Shown in pieces: positions 9,595 through 19,012 of a DNA stretch of 55,099 nucleotides. The notes under the pieces were generated by a model. That model had not been told where the DNA came from, made no database searches, and saw nothing but the letters and a program-made list of their open reading frames with translations. Each line of letters begins with the position of its first letter. Position 1 is the stretch's first letter. Origin of the DNA: a virus (taxonomy: Duplodnaviria > Caudoviricetes); the IMG/VR virus record IMGVR_UViG_3300025543_000032, positions 1 to 55,099 of that record; one strand, 5' to 3'. Made by a program: the position numbers and the translations under genes.

Positions 9595-11118
9595 ATGAGT
9601 AAATTTCTAAGTTTAGAATGGTTCAAGAACAGAGTGGATCATTCAATTGAAAAAGTTATCGAGAAGAAACTTGATAAACTAGTTGAAGAGGTAGACAACG
9701 ATGGTTCTCCTCAAACAAAACCATACAACAGCATTAAGCTAGTAAATGATGTACTAACTATTGTGCTGTCTGATGGTTCTATAATATCTAAGGTGAATGC
9801 CACTGAAGATGATTATCATGCTGCAGAGTCAGCTGCTACTATTGGAGAACTATATGTAATTGTTAGTGATCCTAATGTTGTTTCTGAGATTGCAGAGAGA
9901 GATAGATCAGAAAGAAGACTAAAGGCTCTTAGAAAGGGTCTTGCTACTTTAGAAGAGAGTGGTGAGTTTGTACTTGATGGAGATTCAGTATATTTTAAAG
10001 GTATATCTAGATCTCTACCGCAGCTATTAGTTGAAGAACTAATTAATGAGGTGAGTCGTGCTGAAGCTTTAGGTATTCCATTAAATGATTATGATGGATA
10101 TCAGTCTCTTAAACGTTTCTTTATGTGGTGTGCACTTAATCCAAGAGCTGAGGTGGCACATGAGTTATACAGATTCTTGAAAGAGAATAGTTTCCGTATT
10201 ACTAAGCAAGGGTTCTTTGTAGCACTTCGTAATGTTGTTACACTACATGGATCTCCAGAGCTTGTACACTTTATATCTAATACATATAATAAAGTGAAAG
10301 CTGTGTGGAAGAAGAGTCCAGATGACTACACTGTATTCTTACAAGATGGTGAGTACAAGATTGTACACGCAGATAAATTGTATAATGAAGAAACACACAC
10401 TAGTACTGTTTGTCCAGATTGTGATGGTGAAGGTGGTTATCATGATGAAGGTGATTCTTATGATGACGAAGATGAGTGGAATGAAGGAGAGTGGATAGAA
10501 TGTGACACATGCGATGGTACAGGTGAAGTTGAAGAGTATGAATATACTGTCACTCACAAGATAGATCATGGAGAAGAGATAGGTAAACTTACAGCTCTAT
10601 ACTTAGATCTACCTAACAGACATGAGAATCGTTTTACAGATGATTGGACTAAAACATTTGACATACGTATTGGTAAAGTGGTGAACATGCCACAAGAAGA
10701 TTGTAACTGGTCAACACAAGATTGTGCTGCAGCTGGTTTACATTTTACTTCTGACCAGATACATTATGTAGGATGTGGTGATCAATCTGTTCTCGTTCTT
10801 ATCAATCCTATGAAAGTGGTTGGTATTGGTGCACATAAAGGTAGATGCTTTGAGTATTTACCAATTATGACTGTACCAAGAGAAGAAGCTACAGAAATAC
10901 TTCATGACAATCAGTTTGATACTCTTCAATTGGATGAAGTGTATGCTGTACGTGAACTTGATGACTTGCAAGCTAAAGTGAAAGAAGGTTTTGCTAAGGA
11001 GTCTAATAAGTATGAGTTTAGCTTACCAAATATATCTTCTATAGATGTACGTAATATTGTTGGAAGTCTTGAAGAGATGAAGGCTGAGATTACTGCAAGA
11101 GTTAGGATGGTAGATTAA
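9595..11118 (+). CDS. rIIB: RIIB-like protein with inserted DnaJ-type zinc finger
   Basis: LNP..ELYRFL, ITKQGFFVALRNV, IGKVVNM, CAAAGLH, VLINPMKVV, KGRCFEY. Insert CPDCDGEG...CDTCDGTG. Confidence 0.8.
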   Translation: MSKFLSLEWFKNRVDHSIEKVIEKKLDKLVEEVDNDGSPQTKPYNSIKLVNDVLTIVLSDGSIISKVNATEDDYHAAESAATIGELYVIVSDPNVVSEIAERDRSERRLKALRKGLATLEESGEFVLDGDSVYFKGISRSLPQLLVEELINEVSRAEALGIPLNDYDGYQSLKRFFMWCALNPRAEVAHELYRFLKENSFRITKQGFFVALRNVVTLHGSPELVHFISNTYNKVKAVWKKSPDDYTVFLQDGEYKIVHADKLYNEETHTSTVCPDCDGEGGYHDEGDSYDDEDEWNEGEWIECDTCDGTGEVEEYEYTVTHKIDHGEEIGKLTALYLDLPNRHENRFTDDWTKTFDIRIGKVVNMPQEDCNWSTQDCAAAGLHFTSDQIHYVGCGDQSVLVLINPMKVVGIGAHKGRCFEYLPIMTVPREEATEILHDNQFDTLQLDEVYAVRELDDLQAKVKEGFAKESNKYEFSLPNISSIDVRNIVGSLEEMKAEITARVRMVD

Positions 11119-11120
11119 TA

Positions 11121-11168
11121 AATTAGGGGATAACATTTATTTGAATTATATTTGTTATCCCTTTAATT
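11121..11168. repeat. inverted repeat containing a TATATTTG -7 promoter element
   Basis: AATTAGGGGATAACA ... TGTTATCCCTTTAATT, with TATATTTG at 11147-11154. Confidence 0.6.
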
Positions 11169-11176
11169 TTAAAATT

Positions 11177-11575
11177 ATGGCAAAGAAACCAAAGAAACCG
11201 AGAGTACCTCGCACTAGAAATGCTGGAACAATGACAGAATCAGCATTTTGGTCTATGATTAGAAGTGCACTAAGACAAAAGAGTAGATGGTGGAAACCAA
11301 TTTCTGAATGTAAAACTCTTGCAAGAAGAGCTTATAAAGGAAAGAATAAAAGACAGAAGTGGGAGTATCAATGCAATAAGTGTAAAAGTTGGTTTAAAAG
11401 TGATCAAGTTAATGTTGATCATATTGAACCTGCAGGTAGCTTAAATTGCTCAAATGATCTTCCACCTTTTGTAGACACTCTATTCTGTGAACAGGAAAAC
11501 TTACAGGTACTTTGTAAAACATGTCATGATGAGAAAACACAATTGGAACGCAAATTAAAACAATTTAAAAAATAA
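11177..11575 (+). CDS. HNH endonuclease
   Basis: CNKC..VDHIEP..NLQVLCKTCHDEKT. Likely start ATG 11177 (MAKKPKK). Confidence 0.85.
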   Translation: MAKKPKKPRVPRTRNAGTMTESAFWSMIRSALRQKSRWWKPISECKTLARRAYKGKNKRQKWEYQCNKCKSWFKSDQVNVDHIEPAGSLNCSNDLPPFVDTLFCEQENLQVLCKTCHDEKTQLERKLKQFKK

Positions 11576-11856
11576 TGAGCGTACAAGAATGGAATTGGAT
11601 GAATCAATTAAAAAACAAAGAAATGAAACAGTTTAGAACACCTGGCCATTATGAGAATGGTCAAAAGTATGATATTATAGACGTATGTAATGATTACTCT
11701 CTTAATTTTAACAGGGGTAACATTGTAAAATATATAGCTAGAGCAGGTAATAAAGGTATTGAGATAGACGATTTATATAAAGCTTTAGATTATTTACAGA
11801 GAGAAATTGAATGTGTTAAATCTATAGGAGAGGAGCGTTATGATAAAAGGAGTTAA
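11575..11856 (+). CDS. DUF3310 family protein
   Basis: PGHY..IDV..FNRGNIVKYIARAGNK..DDLYKALDYL. Confidence 0.8.
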   Translation: MSVQEWNWMNQLKNKEMKQFRTPGHYENGQKYDIIDVCNDYSLNFNRGNIVKYIARAGNKGIEIDDLYKALDYLQREIECVKSIGEERYDKRS

Positions 11857-12679
11857 ATCAGAAACTATTCAAGAAGTTGATATAGTTGTAAAGGAAGTTA
11901 AGAATTGCCCTCTTAAATATGACAACACAGAAAGAGTATTGATAATAGATGCTGACAGTATTATGTATTTTGCTACACACTTTCCTGAAGACTCTCTAAT
12001 GGAGTTTCCAACAGAGGAAGAAAGAATAGAAGAGGCTAAGTATAGAACTAGAACTAAGCTAGAAGAAATTCATAATAACATAGAAGAGTTTTATAATATA
12101 CAAGAAACTTTTATATTTATAGGAGGTCGTGGTAACTTTAGATACAAGCTTTATCCTGACTACAAATCAAATCGAAAAGAAAAGAATCCATTGATTCCAA
12201 TCATTGCAGATTATATGTTAAATGAATTACATGCTATACCTTCTGTAGGAGCTGAAGCTGATGACTATGTATATGATGCTTATATATTGAGCGAAGGTAA
12301 TTGTCTTGTAGCAGCTATAGATAAAGATGTATTTTATAATTGTCCTGATGTACCATTCTATAATTATAGAAGTCATGGAGATACTCTAGGAGAGTTTAAA
12401 TCTATTTCTAAAGAAGAAAGCAGACTAGCTATAGCTTCTCAAGTAGTGATAGGTGATAGTGGTGATGCTATACCTGGAGCTTACAGAGTTGGTAAAGCAT
12501 GGTGTAGAGATAACATGCACCTAGGTATGACAGATTATCAATTTACTAAAGCTATATTTAGAGCGTATCTAAAAGCAAGCGGTGGTAATGGTCAGATAGC
12601 TAAAGAACAGGCTAGATTAAATTACAGTGTATTAAAACTATACACACAGGATGAACTTAAAACAATTAATAAACGCTAA
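11840..12679 (+). CDS. 5'-3' exonuclease (T7 gp6/T5-like flap nuclease)
   Basis: IIDADS, NFRY..YPDYKSNR, EADD, IDKD, GDSGDAIPG. Confidence 0.85.
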   Translation: MIKGVKSETIQEVDIVVKEVKNCPLKYDNTERVLIIDADSIMYFATHFPEDSLMEFPTEEERIEEAKYRTRTKLEEIHNNIEEFYNIQETFIFIGGRGNFRYKLYPDYKSNRKEKNPLIPIIADYMLNELHAIPSVGAEADDYVYDAYILSEGNCLVAAIDKDVFYNCPDVPFYNYRSHGDTLGEFKSISKEESRLAIASQVVIGDSGDAIPGAYRVGKAWCRDNMHLGMTDYQFTKAIFRAYLKASGGNGQIAKEQARLNYSVLKLYTQDELKTINKR

Positions 12680-13230
12680 TGAAAAAAACCATAACTAGTA
12701 TCTTTATGGTTCCAACTTTAAAGATACCTAAAGACGAGCTCCGTAATAATGGGTTCTTAAATGCTTACGTTGAAGACTCTAGTAAAGATATACAGTACTC
12801 AGATTCTGTATATCTTTTGTTCTTACCTGAAGACATACCTAAGTTTAGGGAGTTTCTAGACGATGAGTACGAAAGAACTACAGCTATTATTGAAGACTAT
12901 GACTATCCTGATGGATATGTAGTAGTAGTATATAAACTTAATATGAAATGGGAGATAAACTTTGATCTAATTAGGCAAGGTAGATATTCTGAAACAACTG
13001 ATAATTTTCAAAAGTTATTTAGAAAAGTTATAAAGATTAAGAAGAACGGACTACACAAAGACGAACTATCACTACAGTACAGAATATTTAATAAAACTGA
13101 AGATATGATTGAATATTGGCAGGATAAATTAGGTGTAGAGTGGAATAGTGACTATGAAGTATGGGATGGATTCAATATAGAAAACGAAATATTAGAAATA
13201 GAATCAATATTAAAAACTAAAGTAACATGA
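12679..13230 (+). CDS. hypothetical phage protein
   Basis: 183-aa ORF, translationally coupled (TAATG). Confidence 0.7.
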   Translation: MKKTITSIFMVPTLKIPKDELRNNGFLNAYVEDSSKDIQYSDSVYLLFLPEDIPKFREFLDDEYERTTAIIEDYDYPDGYVVVVYKLNMKWEINFDLIRQGRYSETTDNFQKLFRKVIKIKKNGLHKDELSLQYRIFNKTEDMIEYWQDKLGVEWNSDYEVWDGFNIENEILEIESILKTKVT

Positions 13231-13649
13231 AAACAATTGAATTATTAAAACAAAATAGAAACGCAGCATTGCATATAAAAACTTGGTATGTAAATAAACT
13301 TACAGAAAGTTTAAAAGATTTCAATGAAGATGCTGAATTCAAAAGAATGATAGCTGAGAAAAAGATAAGTGATAAAGACATTACAAAAATAGTTGAAAGA
13401 TCTCCTAGAAGTCTTCTAGATATGTTTGATGAAAGTAAAATATTTGTAAGTATAACTGCAGAACATAAAGCTTTTACAGCAACAGTAAGTTGTCCAAATT
13501 CAAATGCTGCAACTTTTATAGGACCACTTGATGATAGATATGAAATTGATAAAGCTGTTACTAAAGAGGCAATATTAAAGCTTGAGAGTGTGCTTACACC
13601 TGATACTGAAGAAGTTACAGAAGAACAAAAAAAAGAAGATAAATCATGA
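13227..13649 (+). CDS. hypothetical protein
   Basis: 140-aa ORF with ATGA overlap. Confidence 0.7.
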   Translation: MKTIELLKQNRNAALHIKTWYVNKLTESLKDFNEDAEFKRMIAEKKISDKDITKIVERSPRSLLDMFDESKIFVSITAEHKAFTATVSCPNSNAATFIGPLDDRYEIDKAVTKEAILKLESVLTPDTEEVTEEQKKEDKS

Positions 13650-13807
13650 GAACAATTGGAAAAATTATATTAGATTTGCTATCCGATAATCAGATATCAG
13701 CTGCAGAAGCTGAAGTACTAATCACTAGCCTTTCAGAGAATAACAGACCCTCAGGTTTTCAACCTAAGAGGATTGTTGGTCCCTATTGGTTTCAAACAAC
13801 AACTTAG
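13646..13807 (+). CDS. small hypothetical protein, 53 aa (MRTIGKIILDLL...)
   Basis: Read by hand. ATGA overlap, fills the gap. Confidence 0.6.
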   Translation: MRTIGKIILDLLSDNQISAAEAEVLITSLSENNRPSGFQPKRIVGPYWFQTTT

Positions 13808-13809
13808 AT

Positions 13810-14139
13810 ATGAGAACAGCTGAAGAATTTAATAACACCTATGAATTAATTTGTGACGGTGGAGGGCTTGTAATAGATGTACCTGCAGTGGTACAATTCT
13901 TAAATGTAGCATTTGATGACTTTATAAAAATTGATGGTTTTAGATACACACAAGTATCTACTGTTCGTGGTATTCCTAGAGTGGATACTAATTTAACAGA
14001 CATCATGCCTTATGTAGGTCACGTTATACATTCAGAATTAGAAGACAAAATATCTTTAATTCTAAAAGTAGAGTTTGAAGTGGAAGAAAGATTAAGATCA
14101 ATAAACCTAGATAAAAACGGTAAACCCTTAGAAATATGA
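13810..14139 (+). CDS. hypothetical protein
   Basis: Likely start ATG 13810 (MRTAEEF). ATGA overlap with nrdB. Confidence 0.65.
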   Translation: MRTAEEFNNTYELICDGGGLVIDVPAVVQFLNVAFDDFIKIDGFRYTQVSTVRGIPRVDTNLTDIMPYVGHVIHSELEDKISLILKVEFEVEERLRSINLDKNGKPLEI

Positions 14140-15116
14140 ATAAAGACATCTTTAAAGGTAGAGTGAACATACTACCTTATGAATATCCACAGCTATTAGA
14201 ATACAAGGACGCTATCAGACATTCCTATTGGATAGACACAGAATTTAATTTTACAGAAGACATACAAGATTTTAAAGTGGTAATCTCTGCTAAAGAGCGT
14301 GATGTCATTAAAAAGACAATGCTTGCAATTGCACAGATAGAAGTCAATGTAAAAACATTCTGGGCTGATATGTATAAACGTATGCCTATTACAGAAGTGG
14401 GTGATGTGGGTATGACGTTTGCAGAATCAGAAGTGAGACATAAAGATGCATATGCTAGACTCTTAAGAATATTAGGACTTGAGAAAGAGTTTCAGAAAGT
14501 TATAGAGGTGCCTGCAATAGAAGGTAGACTTAAGTACTTAAAGAAATACCTAGACGGTACACGCTCTAGAGATAATAAAATGTATACTAAGTCTGTACTA
14601 TTGTTCTCTCTATTTATAGAGCACGTAAGTCTGTTTAGTCAGTTCTTAATTATGATGAGTTTTAACAAAGAAAAGAATGTACTTAAAGGTATATCTAATG
14701 TTGTTGAGGCCACTAGTAAAGAAGAAGAGATACATGGTAACTTTGGTGCTGAGATTATTAACATTATTAAGAAAGAGAACCCTGAATGGTTTGATAATAA
14801 TTTTGAAGAGCTTATTTACTCTGCATGTAGAAAAGCCTACAGTGCTGAATGTAAAATACTAGACTGGATCTTTGAAAAAGGAGAACTTAGCTTCCTACCT
14901 AAGGAAACAATACAGCATTTTATAAAGAATAGATTTAATAACTCTCTAGAGAAGATAGGTATGAAGTCTATATTTAATGTAAATAAGGAAAGGCTAGCTT
15001 CAACTAAGTGGTTTGATATAGAGATAACAGGTACAAAAGAAGGAGACTTCTTTTACAAAAAAAGTGTAGATTATAATAAGAAAAGTAAGAGCATTACTGA
15101 GGATGACTTGTTTTAA
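14136..15116 (+). CDS. nrdB: ribonucleotide reductase beta subunit, class Id-like
   Basis: Ferritin-like ligands AQIEVNVK, ESEVRHKDAY, IEHVSLFSQF and KEEEIH; C-terminal DFF..VDY. Confidence 0.92.
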   Translation: MNKDIFKGRVNILPYEYPQLLEYKDAIRHSYWIDTEFNFTEDIQDFKVVISAKERDVIKKTMLAIAQIEVNVKTFWADMYKRMPITEVGDVGMTFAESEVRHKDAYARLLRILGLEKEFQKVIEVPAIEGRLKYLKKYLDGTRSRDNKMYTKSVLLFSLFIEHVSLFSQFLIMMSFNKEKNVLKGISNVVEATSKEEEIHGNFGAEIINIIKKENPEWFDNNFEELIYSACRKAYSAECKILDWIFEKGELSFLPKETIQHFIKNRFNNSLEKIGMKSIFNVNKERLASTKWFDIEITGTKEGDFFYKKSVDYNKKSKSITEDDLF

Positions 15117-15131
15117 AAATAAGTAAAAGTT

Positions 15132-15230
15132 ATGACAACAGTAGTTTACATTTGGAAATTTATTATGACAGTAGGAATGGTTGCGTGGATAGCCATGATA
15201 ATTTATTTGTTAATTAAAGATAAAACATAA
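15132..15230 (+). CDS. 32-aa single-pass membrane peptide
   Basis: MTTVVYIWKFIMTVGMVAWIAMIIYLLIKDKT read by hand; ends 3 nt before nrdA. Confidence 0.5.
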   Translation: MTTVVYIWKFIMTVGMVAWIAMIIYLLIKDKT

Positions 15231-15233
15231 GAT

Positions 15234-16859
15234 ATGGAGTATAAAAGATATTACTGGCTTAATGAAGACAGTAGAAAGTTCTTGTCCAGAGGATACTTGG
15301 ATGAGGAACCTGAACAAAGAATAAGAGACATAGCAAACATTGCTGAGAAGTATTTAAATATAAAAGATTTTGCACATAAGTTTGAAGACTATATGGCAAA
15401 AGGATACTACAGCTTATCAACTCCTGTATGGATCAACTTTGGTAAATCAAAAGGTTTGCCTATTAGTTGTTATGGTTCTAATGTGGATGACACACTAGAT
15501 AGTATACTAAATGCAGGACGTGAGATAGGAATGATGTCTAAATATGGAGGAGGTACAAGTGCCTATCTTGGAAACATAAGACCTAGAGGATCAGGTATTA
15601 GTACAGGAGGTCAAGCAGATGGACCTATTCATTATGCTAGAATGTATGACACTGTAGTAGATGTTTGTAAACAATCTGCTGCTAGACGTGGGGCTTGTGC
15701 AGTGTATCTACCTGTAGAGCACGATGACATACATGAGTTTCTAGACATAGGTACAGAGGGTAACCCTATTCAGAATCTACAATATGGTATTACAGTTAGT
15801 GATGCTTGGATTGAAGAAATGAAAAATGGAGATAAAGATAAGCGTAAGATATGGGCTAAGATTATACAAAGACGTAATGAGTTTGGATTTCCATACATTA
15901 TGTTCTCTGATAATTCTAATAAGAATACACCTTATGAAGAGTTAGGATATAAGATAACAGCTTCTAATCTTTGCTCAGAAATACAATTACCTACAGATAG
16001 CTTTCATAGTTTTGTTTGCTGCCTAGGATCTATAAATCTTTTACATTGGGATGAGATTAAGAAGACAGATGCTATAGAAACTTATGTATTGTTTCTAAAT
16101 GCTGTAATGAATGAGTTTATACAAAAAGCAGAGCACTTACCAGGAATGCGAAGAGCTTTTAAGTTTGCAAAAGAACACAGAGCTATAGGCCTAGGAGTGT
16201 TAGGTTATCATTCTTTGTTTCAGTCAAAGCTTATTGAGTTTGAATCTTTAGAAGCTAAGCAAATCAACCATGATGTATTTTCTACATTAAAAGAAAGAAG
16301 TGAGGAAGCATCTAAATGGTTACATGAAGCTAAAGGTTATTCATGTATTAGAGAAGGCTATGCTAATACAACTCTTATGGCTGTAGCACCTACAAAATCT
16401 AGTAGTTTTATACACGGTGCTGTATCTATGGGTATAGAACCTATCAAGTCTAACTATTTTATCAAGGATCTTGCTAAGTCTAAGACTGTTTATAAGAACC
16501 CCTTCTTGGAATGTGAACTAGAAAAGTATGAACTCAACAATGATAAAACATGGGACTCTATTCTTAAGAAAGATGGTTCAGTGCAGCACTTAAAGTTTCC
16601 AACTAAAGAAGTGTTTAAATCTTTTATAGAGATTAGTCCTAAAGAGATTGTACTACAAGCAGCTCAGAGACAGAAGTTTATTGATCAGTCTCAAAGTTTG
16701 AACTTAATGATACATCCTAGTGTAAAAGCTAAAGATATCAATAAGCTTTATCTTTATGCTCATGAGGAAGGAGTTAAAACTTTATACTATCAGTTTAGCC
16801 AGAGCTCAGCTCAAGCATTTGCAAGGAACATTCTTGATTGTGCTAGCTGTGAAGGATAA
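15234..16859 (+). CDS. nrdA: ribonucleotide reductase alpha subunit (no ATP cone)
   Basis: LPISC, GGG, RRGACA, SNLCSEI, APTKSSS, DQSQSLNL, KTLYY, C-terminal CASCEG. Confidence 0.95.
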   Translation: MEYKRYYWLNEDSRKFLSRGYLDEEPEQRIRDIANIAEKYLNIKDFAHKFEDYMAKGYYSLSTPVWINFGKSKGLPISCYGSNVDDTLDSILNAGREIGMMSKYGGGTSAYLGNIRPRGSGISTGGQADGPIHYARMYDTVVDVCKQSAARRGACAVYLPVEHDDIHEFLDIGTEGNPIQNLQYGITVSDAWIEEMKNGDKDKRKIWAKIIQRRNEFGFPYIMFSDNSNKNTPYEELGYKITASNLCSEIQLPTDSFHSFVCCLGSINLLHWDEIKKTDAIETYVLFLNAVMNEFIQKAEHLPGMRRAFKFAKEHRAIGLGVLGYHSLFQSKLIEFESLEAKQINHDVFSTLKERSEEASKWLHEAKGYSCIREGYANTTLMAVAPTKSSSFIHGAVSMGIEPIKSNYFIKDLAKSKTVYKNPFLECELEKYELNNDKTWDSILKKDGSVQHLKFPTKEVFKSFIEISPKEIVLQAAQRQKFIDQSQSLNLMIHPSVKAKDINKLYLYAHEEGVKTLYYQFSQSSAQAFARNILDCASCEG

Positions 16860-16874
16860 CTAAACTAATTATAA

Positions 16875-16931
16875 AAATGTAAGAAATGTTTAACTTAGGT
16901 TTTTTTATCTCTCATACATTTCTTACATTTG
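16875..16931. repeat. 15-bp perfect inverted repeat overlapping a TACATTTG -7 element
   Basis: AAATGTAAGAAATGT (16875-16889) / ACATTTCTTACATTT (16916-16930). Confidence 0.7.
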
Positions 16932-16935
16932 ACAT

Positions 16936-17100
16936 ATGAAAGTAGATATTAAAAATGGGGACTACTATGTAGAGAATGGTAGAGTTCATTTTAAAGAAGA
17001 ATATCTGCTTAAGAAGAGACAATGCTGTGGTGTAAAATGCATACATTGTCCTTATAGTGAAAGAATAAAAGGAAACACCGTCCTTAAAAAGGTGACTTGA
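16936..17100 (+). CDS. small Cys-rich DUF5522-like protein, 54 aa
   Basis: Read by hand: MKVDIKNGDYYVENGRVHFKEEYLLKKRQCCGVKCIHCPY...; DYY.ENG..VF...CCG..C.HCPY pattern. Confidence 0.75.
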   Translation: MKVDIKNGDYYVENGRVHFKEEYLLKKRQCCGVKCIHCPYSERIKGNTVLKKVT

Positions 17101-17139
17101 ATTAAAATTTTCTGTTCTGTTTTTTAATTGTGAAGAAGG

Positions 17140-17167
17140 GCCTTGGAGTAATCTAAGGCTTTTTTTT
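17140..17167 (+). terminator. intrinsic terminator
   Basis: GCCTTGGA-GTAA-TCTAAGGC followed by T8. Confidence 0.8.
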
Positions 17168-17169
17168 GC

Positions 17170-17200
17170 TTGTAAAATAGAGTGGAATTTTGTATATTTG
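17170..17200 (+). promoter_or_regulatory. Bacteroidota-type promoter upstream of recA
   Basis: TTG at 17170-17172 and TATATTTG at 17193-17200 (20-nt spacer). Confidence 0.65.
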
Positions 17201-17223
17201 AACATAATTAAAAACAATTAAAT

Positions 17224-18333
17224 ATGGCAAAAAAGCTAAAAGAAACAGGGAATAAATTCCAGGATGCTCTGGAAAAATTGAACAAGCAATACGGTCAGGG
17301 TACTGTATTAGCTTTAAACAGTAAAACAGGAGGGGACTATGATCTTATAAGTACAGGATCAATAGGTTTCGATTACATCACCTTAGGGATAGGTGGTTTT
17401 GCAAAAGGTAAAATGTACGAGCTTATGGGCTGGGAAGGTACAGGTAAGTCTACTATATGTGGACATGCTGTAGCTAGTGCTCAAGCTAATGGAGGTAAGG
17501 TAGTTTATATTGATGGCGAGCATGCTGTAGATAAGAATTACTTTGAAGCTCTAGGTGTTGATACAGGTAGCATGTTAATTGCACAACCATCATCTGGAGA
17601 AGAAGGTTTTAACATTGCTGTAGAGCTAATGTCTTCTGGAGAAGTAGATCTTATTATTATAGATTCAGACTCATCATTAATACCTAAAGCAGTATTAGAT
17701 GGTGATGTAGGAGATCATGCAATTGGTAAGAAAGCTAGACTGAACAGTAGTGCTTATCCAAAACTAAAATCTATTGCACACAACACAAACACATGTCTTA
17801 TTGTAATATCTCAATACAGAGAAAAGATTGGTGTAATGTTTGGAAACCCTACAACCACACAAGGTGGACATGCGCTAAAGTTTTATTCTGATGTAAGAAT
17901 AGAAGTTAGTAGATCATTAGCAAAAGATGGTCAAGATGTGTACGGTAACATTACTAAAGTTAGATGTACCAAGAACAAGATGACACCTCCATATCAGAAG
18001 CATCAATTTGATATTGTTTATGGTATAGGTATTGATAGAGTGGGAGAAGCATTACAACTGCTGCATGATTTTGAATTAGGTCGTAAGTATGGTAAGACAT
18101 ATACATTTGATGGGGTTAAGTATGACTTAGAAGAATTCAAACAGATGGTACTAGAAGATGTAAACTTCTTTGAGACAATAAAGTCTACATTAGTTTCTGC
18201 TATACGTGGTGAAGATGATAAGTTTGAGGAAGTTGAATCAGAACCAGTTGTAGATTATGAAGCTGCAAAAGATATAAAGGTTAATTCACCTGAAACTTTA
18301 TCACCTGACTTATTTGACACTACTGATTTATGA
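17224..18333 (+). CDS. recA: RecA recombinase
   Basis: ISTGS, GWEGTGKST, YIDGEHA, IIIDS, ISQYREKIGVMFGNPTTTQGGHALKFYSDVRIEV, KNK. Confidence 0.95.
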   Translation: MAKKLKETGNKFQDALEKLNKQYGQGTVLALNSKTGGDYDLISTGSIGFDYITLGIGGFAKGKMYELMGWEGTGKSTICGHAVASAQANGGKVVYIDGEHAVDKNYFEALGVDTGSMLIAQPSSGEEGFNIAVELMSSGEVDLIIIDSDSSLIPKAVLDGDVGDHAIGKKARLNSSAYPKLKSIAHNTNTCLIVISQYREKIGVMFGNPTTTQGGHALKFYSDVRIEVSRSLAKDGQDVYGNITKVRCTKNKMTPPYQKHQFDIVYGIGIDRVGEALQLLHDFELGRKYGKTYTFDGVKYDLEEFKQMVLEDVNFFETIKSTLVSAIRGEDDKFEEVESEPVVDYEAAKDIKVNSPETLSPDLFDTTDL

Positions 18334-18740
18334 AATGTTTAGTGTGTGGAAAGAACTCAGATTCTGAGTATTGCTTCCAACATAAACCTAGAAAACAACT
18401 AGCCACAAATAAAGGATTTAATAAGCCAACACTAACTAAGAAATTAAAGGTTAGTGTTGGTAAATCCAAACCAAACACAGATCATTTACTATTCAAAGCC
18501 ATTTGGAAAAAGAGACCACATAGTTCAGAGTTAAGTGGTGATTATTTAGGCAAAGAAGCATTTAGTACATACTTTCATCATATACTTCCTAAAAATAAAT
18601 ATCCTGAAATTAGGATGGATGAGGAAAATATTATACTTTTGACAGTTGACGAACATGCTAACGTAGAGGCAGATATCTATAGGTATGATGAGATCAATAA
18701 ACGAAGGAATCATTTATTAAAAAAATATAATCTGTCATGA
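18330..18740 (+). CDS. putative HNH-like nuclease with N-terminal Cys/His knuckle
   Basis: CLVCGK..YCFQH and FHHILPK..YP..ENIILLT..EH. Confidence 0.55.
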   Translation: MKCLVCGKNSDSEYCFQHKPRKQLATNKGFNKPTLTKKLKVSVGKSKPNTDHLLFKAIWKKRPHSSELSGDYLGKEAFSTYFHHILPKNKYPEIRMDEENIILLTVDEHANVEADIYRYDEINKRRNHLLKKYNLS

Positions 18741-19003
18741 TTGAAGTATTAAAATTCAGTGCTACTTGGTGTGGACCTTGTAGAGTGTTAGCTAGTAATT
18801 TAGCAGGTGTCTCAGGTATAACTAACATAGATATCGATAAAGATATGGAGTTAGCTAAAGAGCACAATGTTAGAAGTGTTCCATTAATGATATTTAAAGT
18901 TGATGGAAAAGAAGTACATCGAAAAGTTGGTGTAATTTCTAAAGATCAGTATGATAGTTTACTAATAGAACTAGGTAATGATTTAAAATGGAGTAAACAA
19001 TAA
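18737..19003 (+). CDS. trxA: thioredoxin
   Basis: FSATWCGPC and VRSVP. Confidence 0.9.
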   Translation: MIEVLKFSATWCGPCRVLASNLAGVSGITNIDIDKDMELAKEHNVRSVPLMIFKVDGKEVHRKVGVISKDQYDSLLIELGNDLKWSKQ

Positions 19004-19012
19004 ATAAACAAT

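Noticed and set aside
11177-11575. HNH gene as a mobile intron/homing element
   Set aside because: It is free-standing, the flanking genes are uninterrupted, and no intron or intein signatures were seen in nrdA, recA or the helicases.
16912-17217. 101-aa minus-strand ORF
   Set aside because: It opposes the + strand operon and overlaps a better + strand Cys-rich ORF, a terminator and a promoter.
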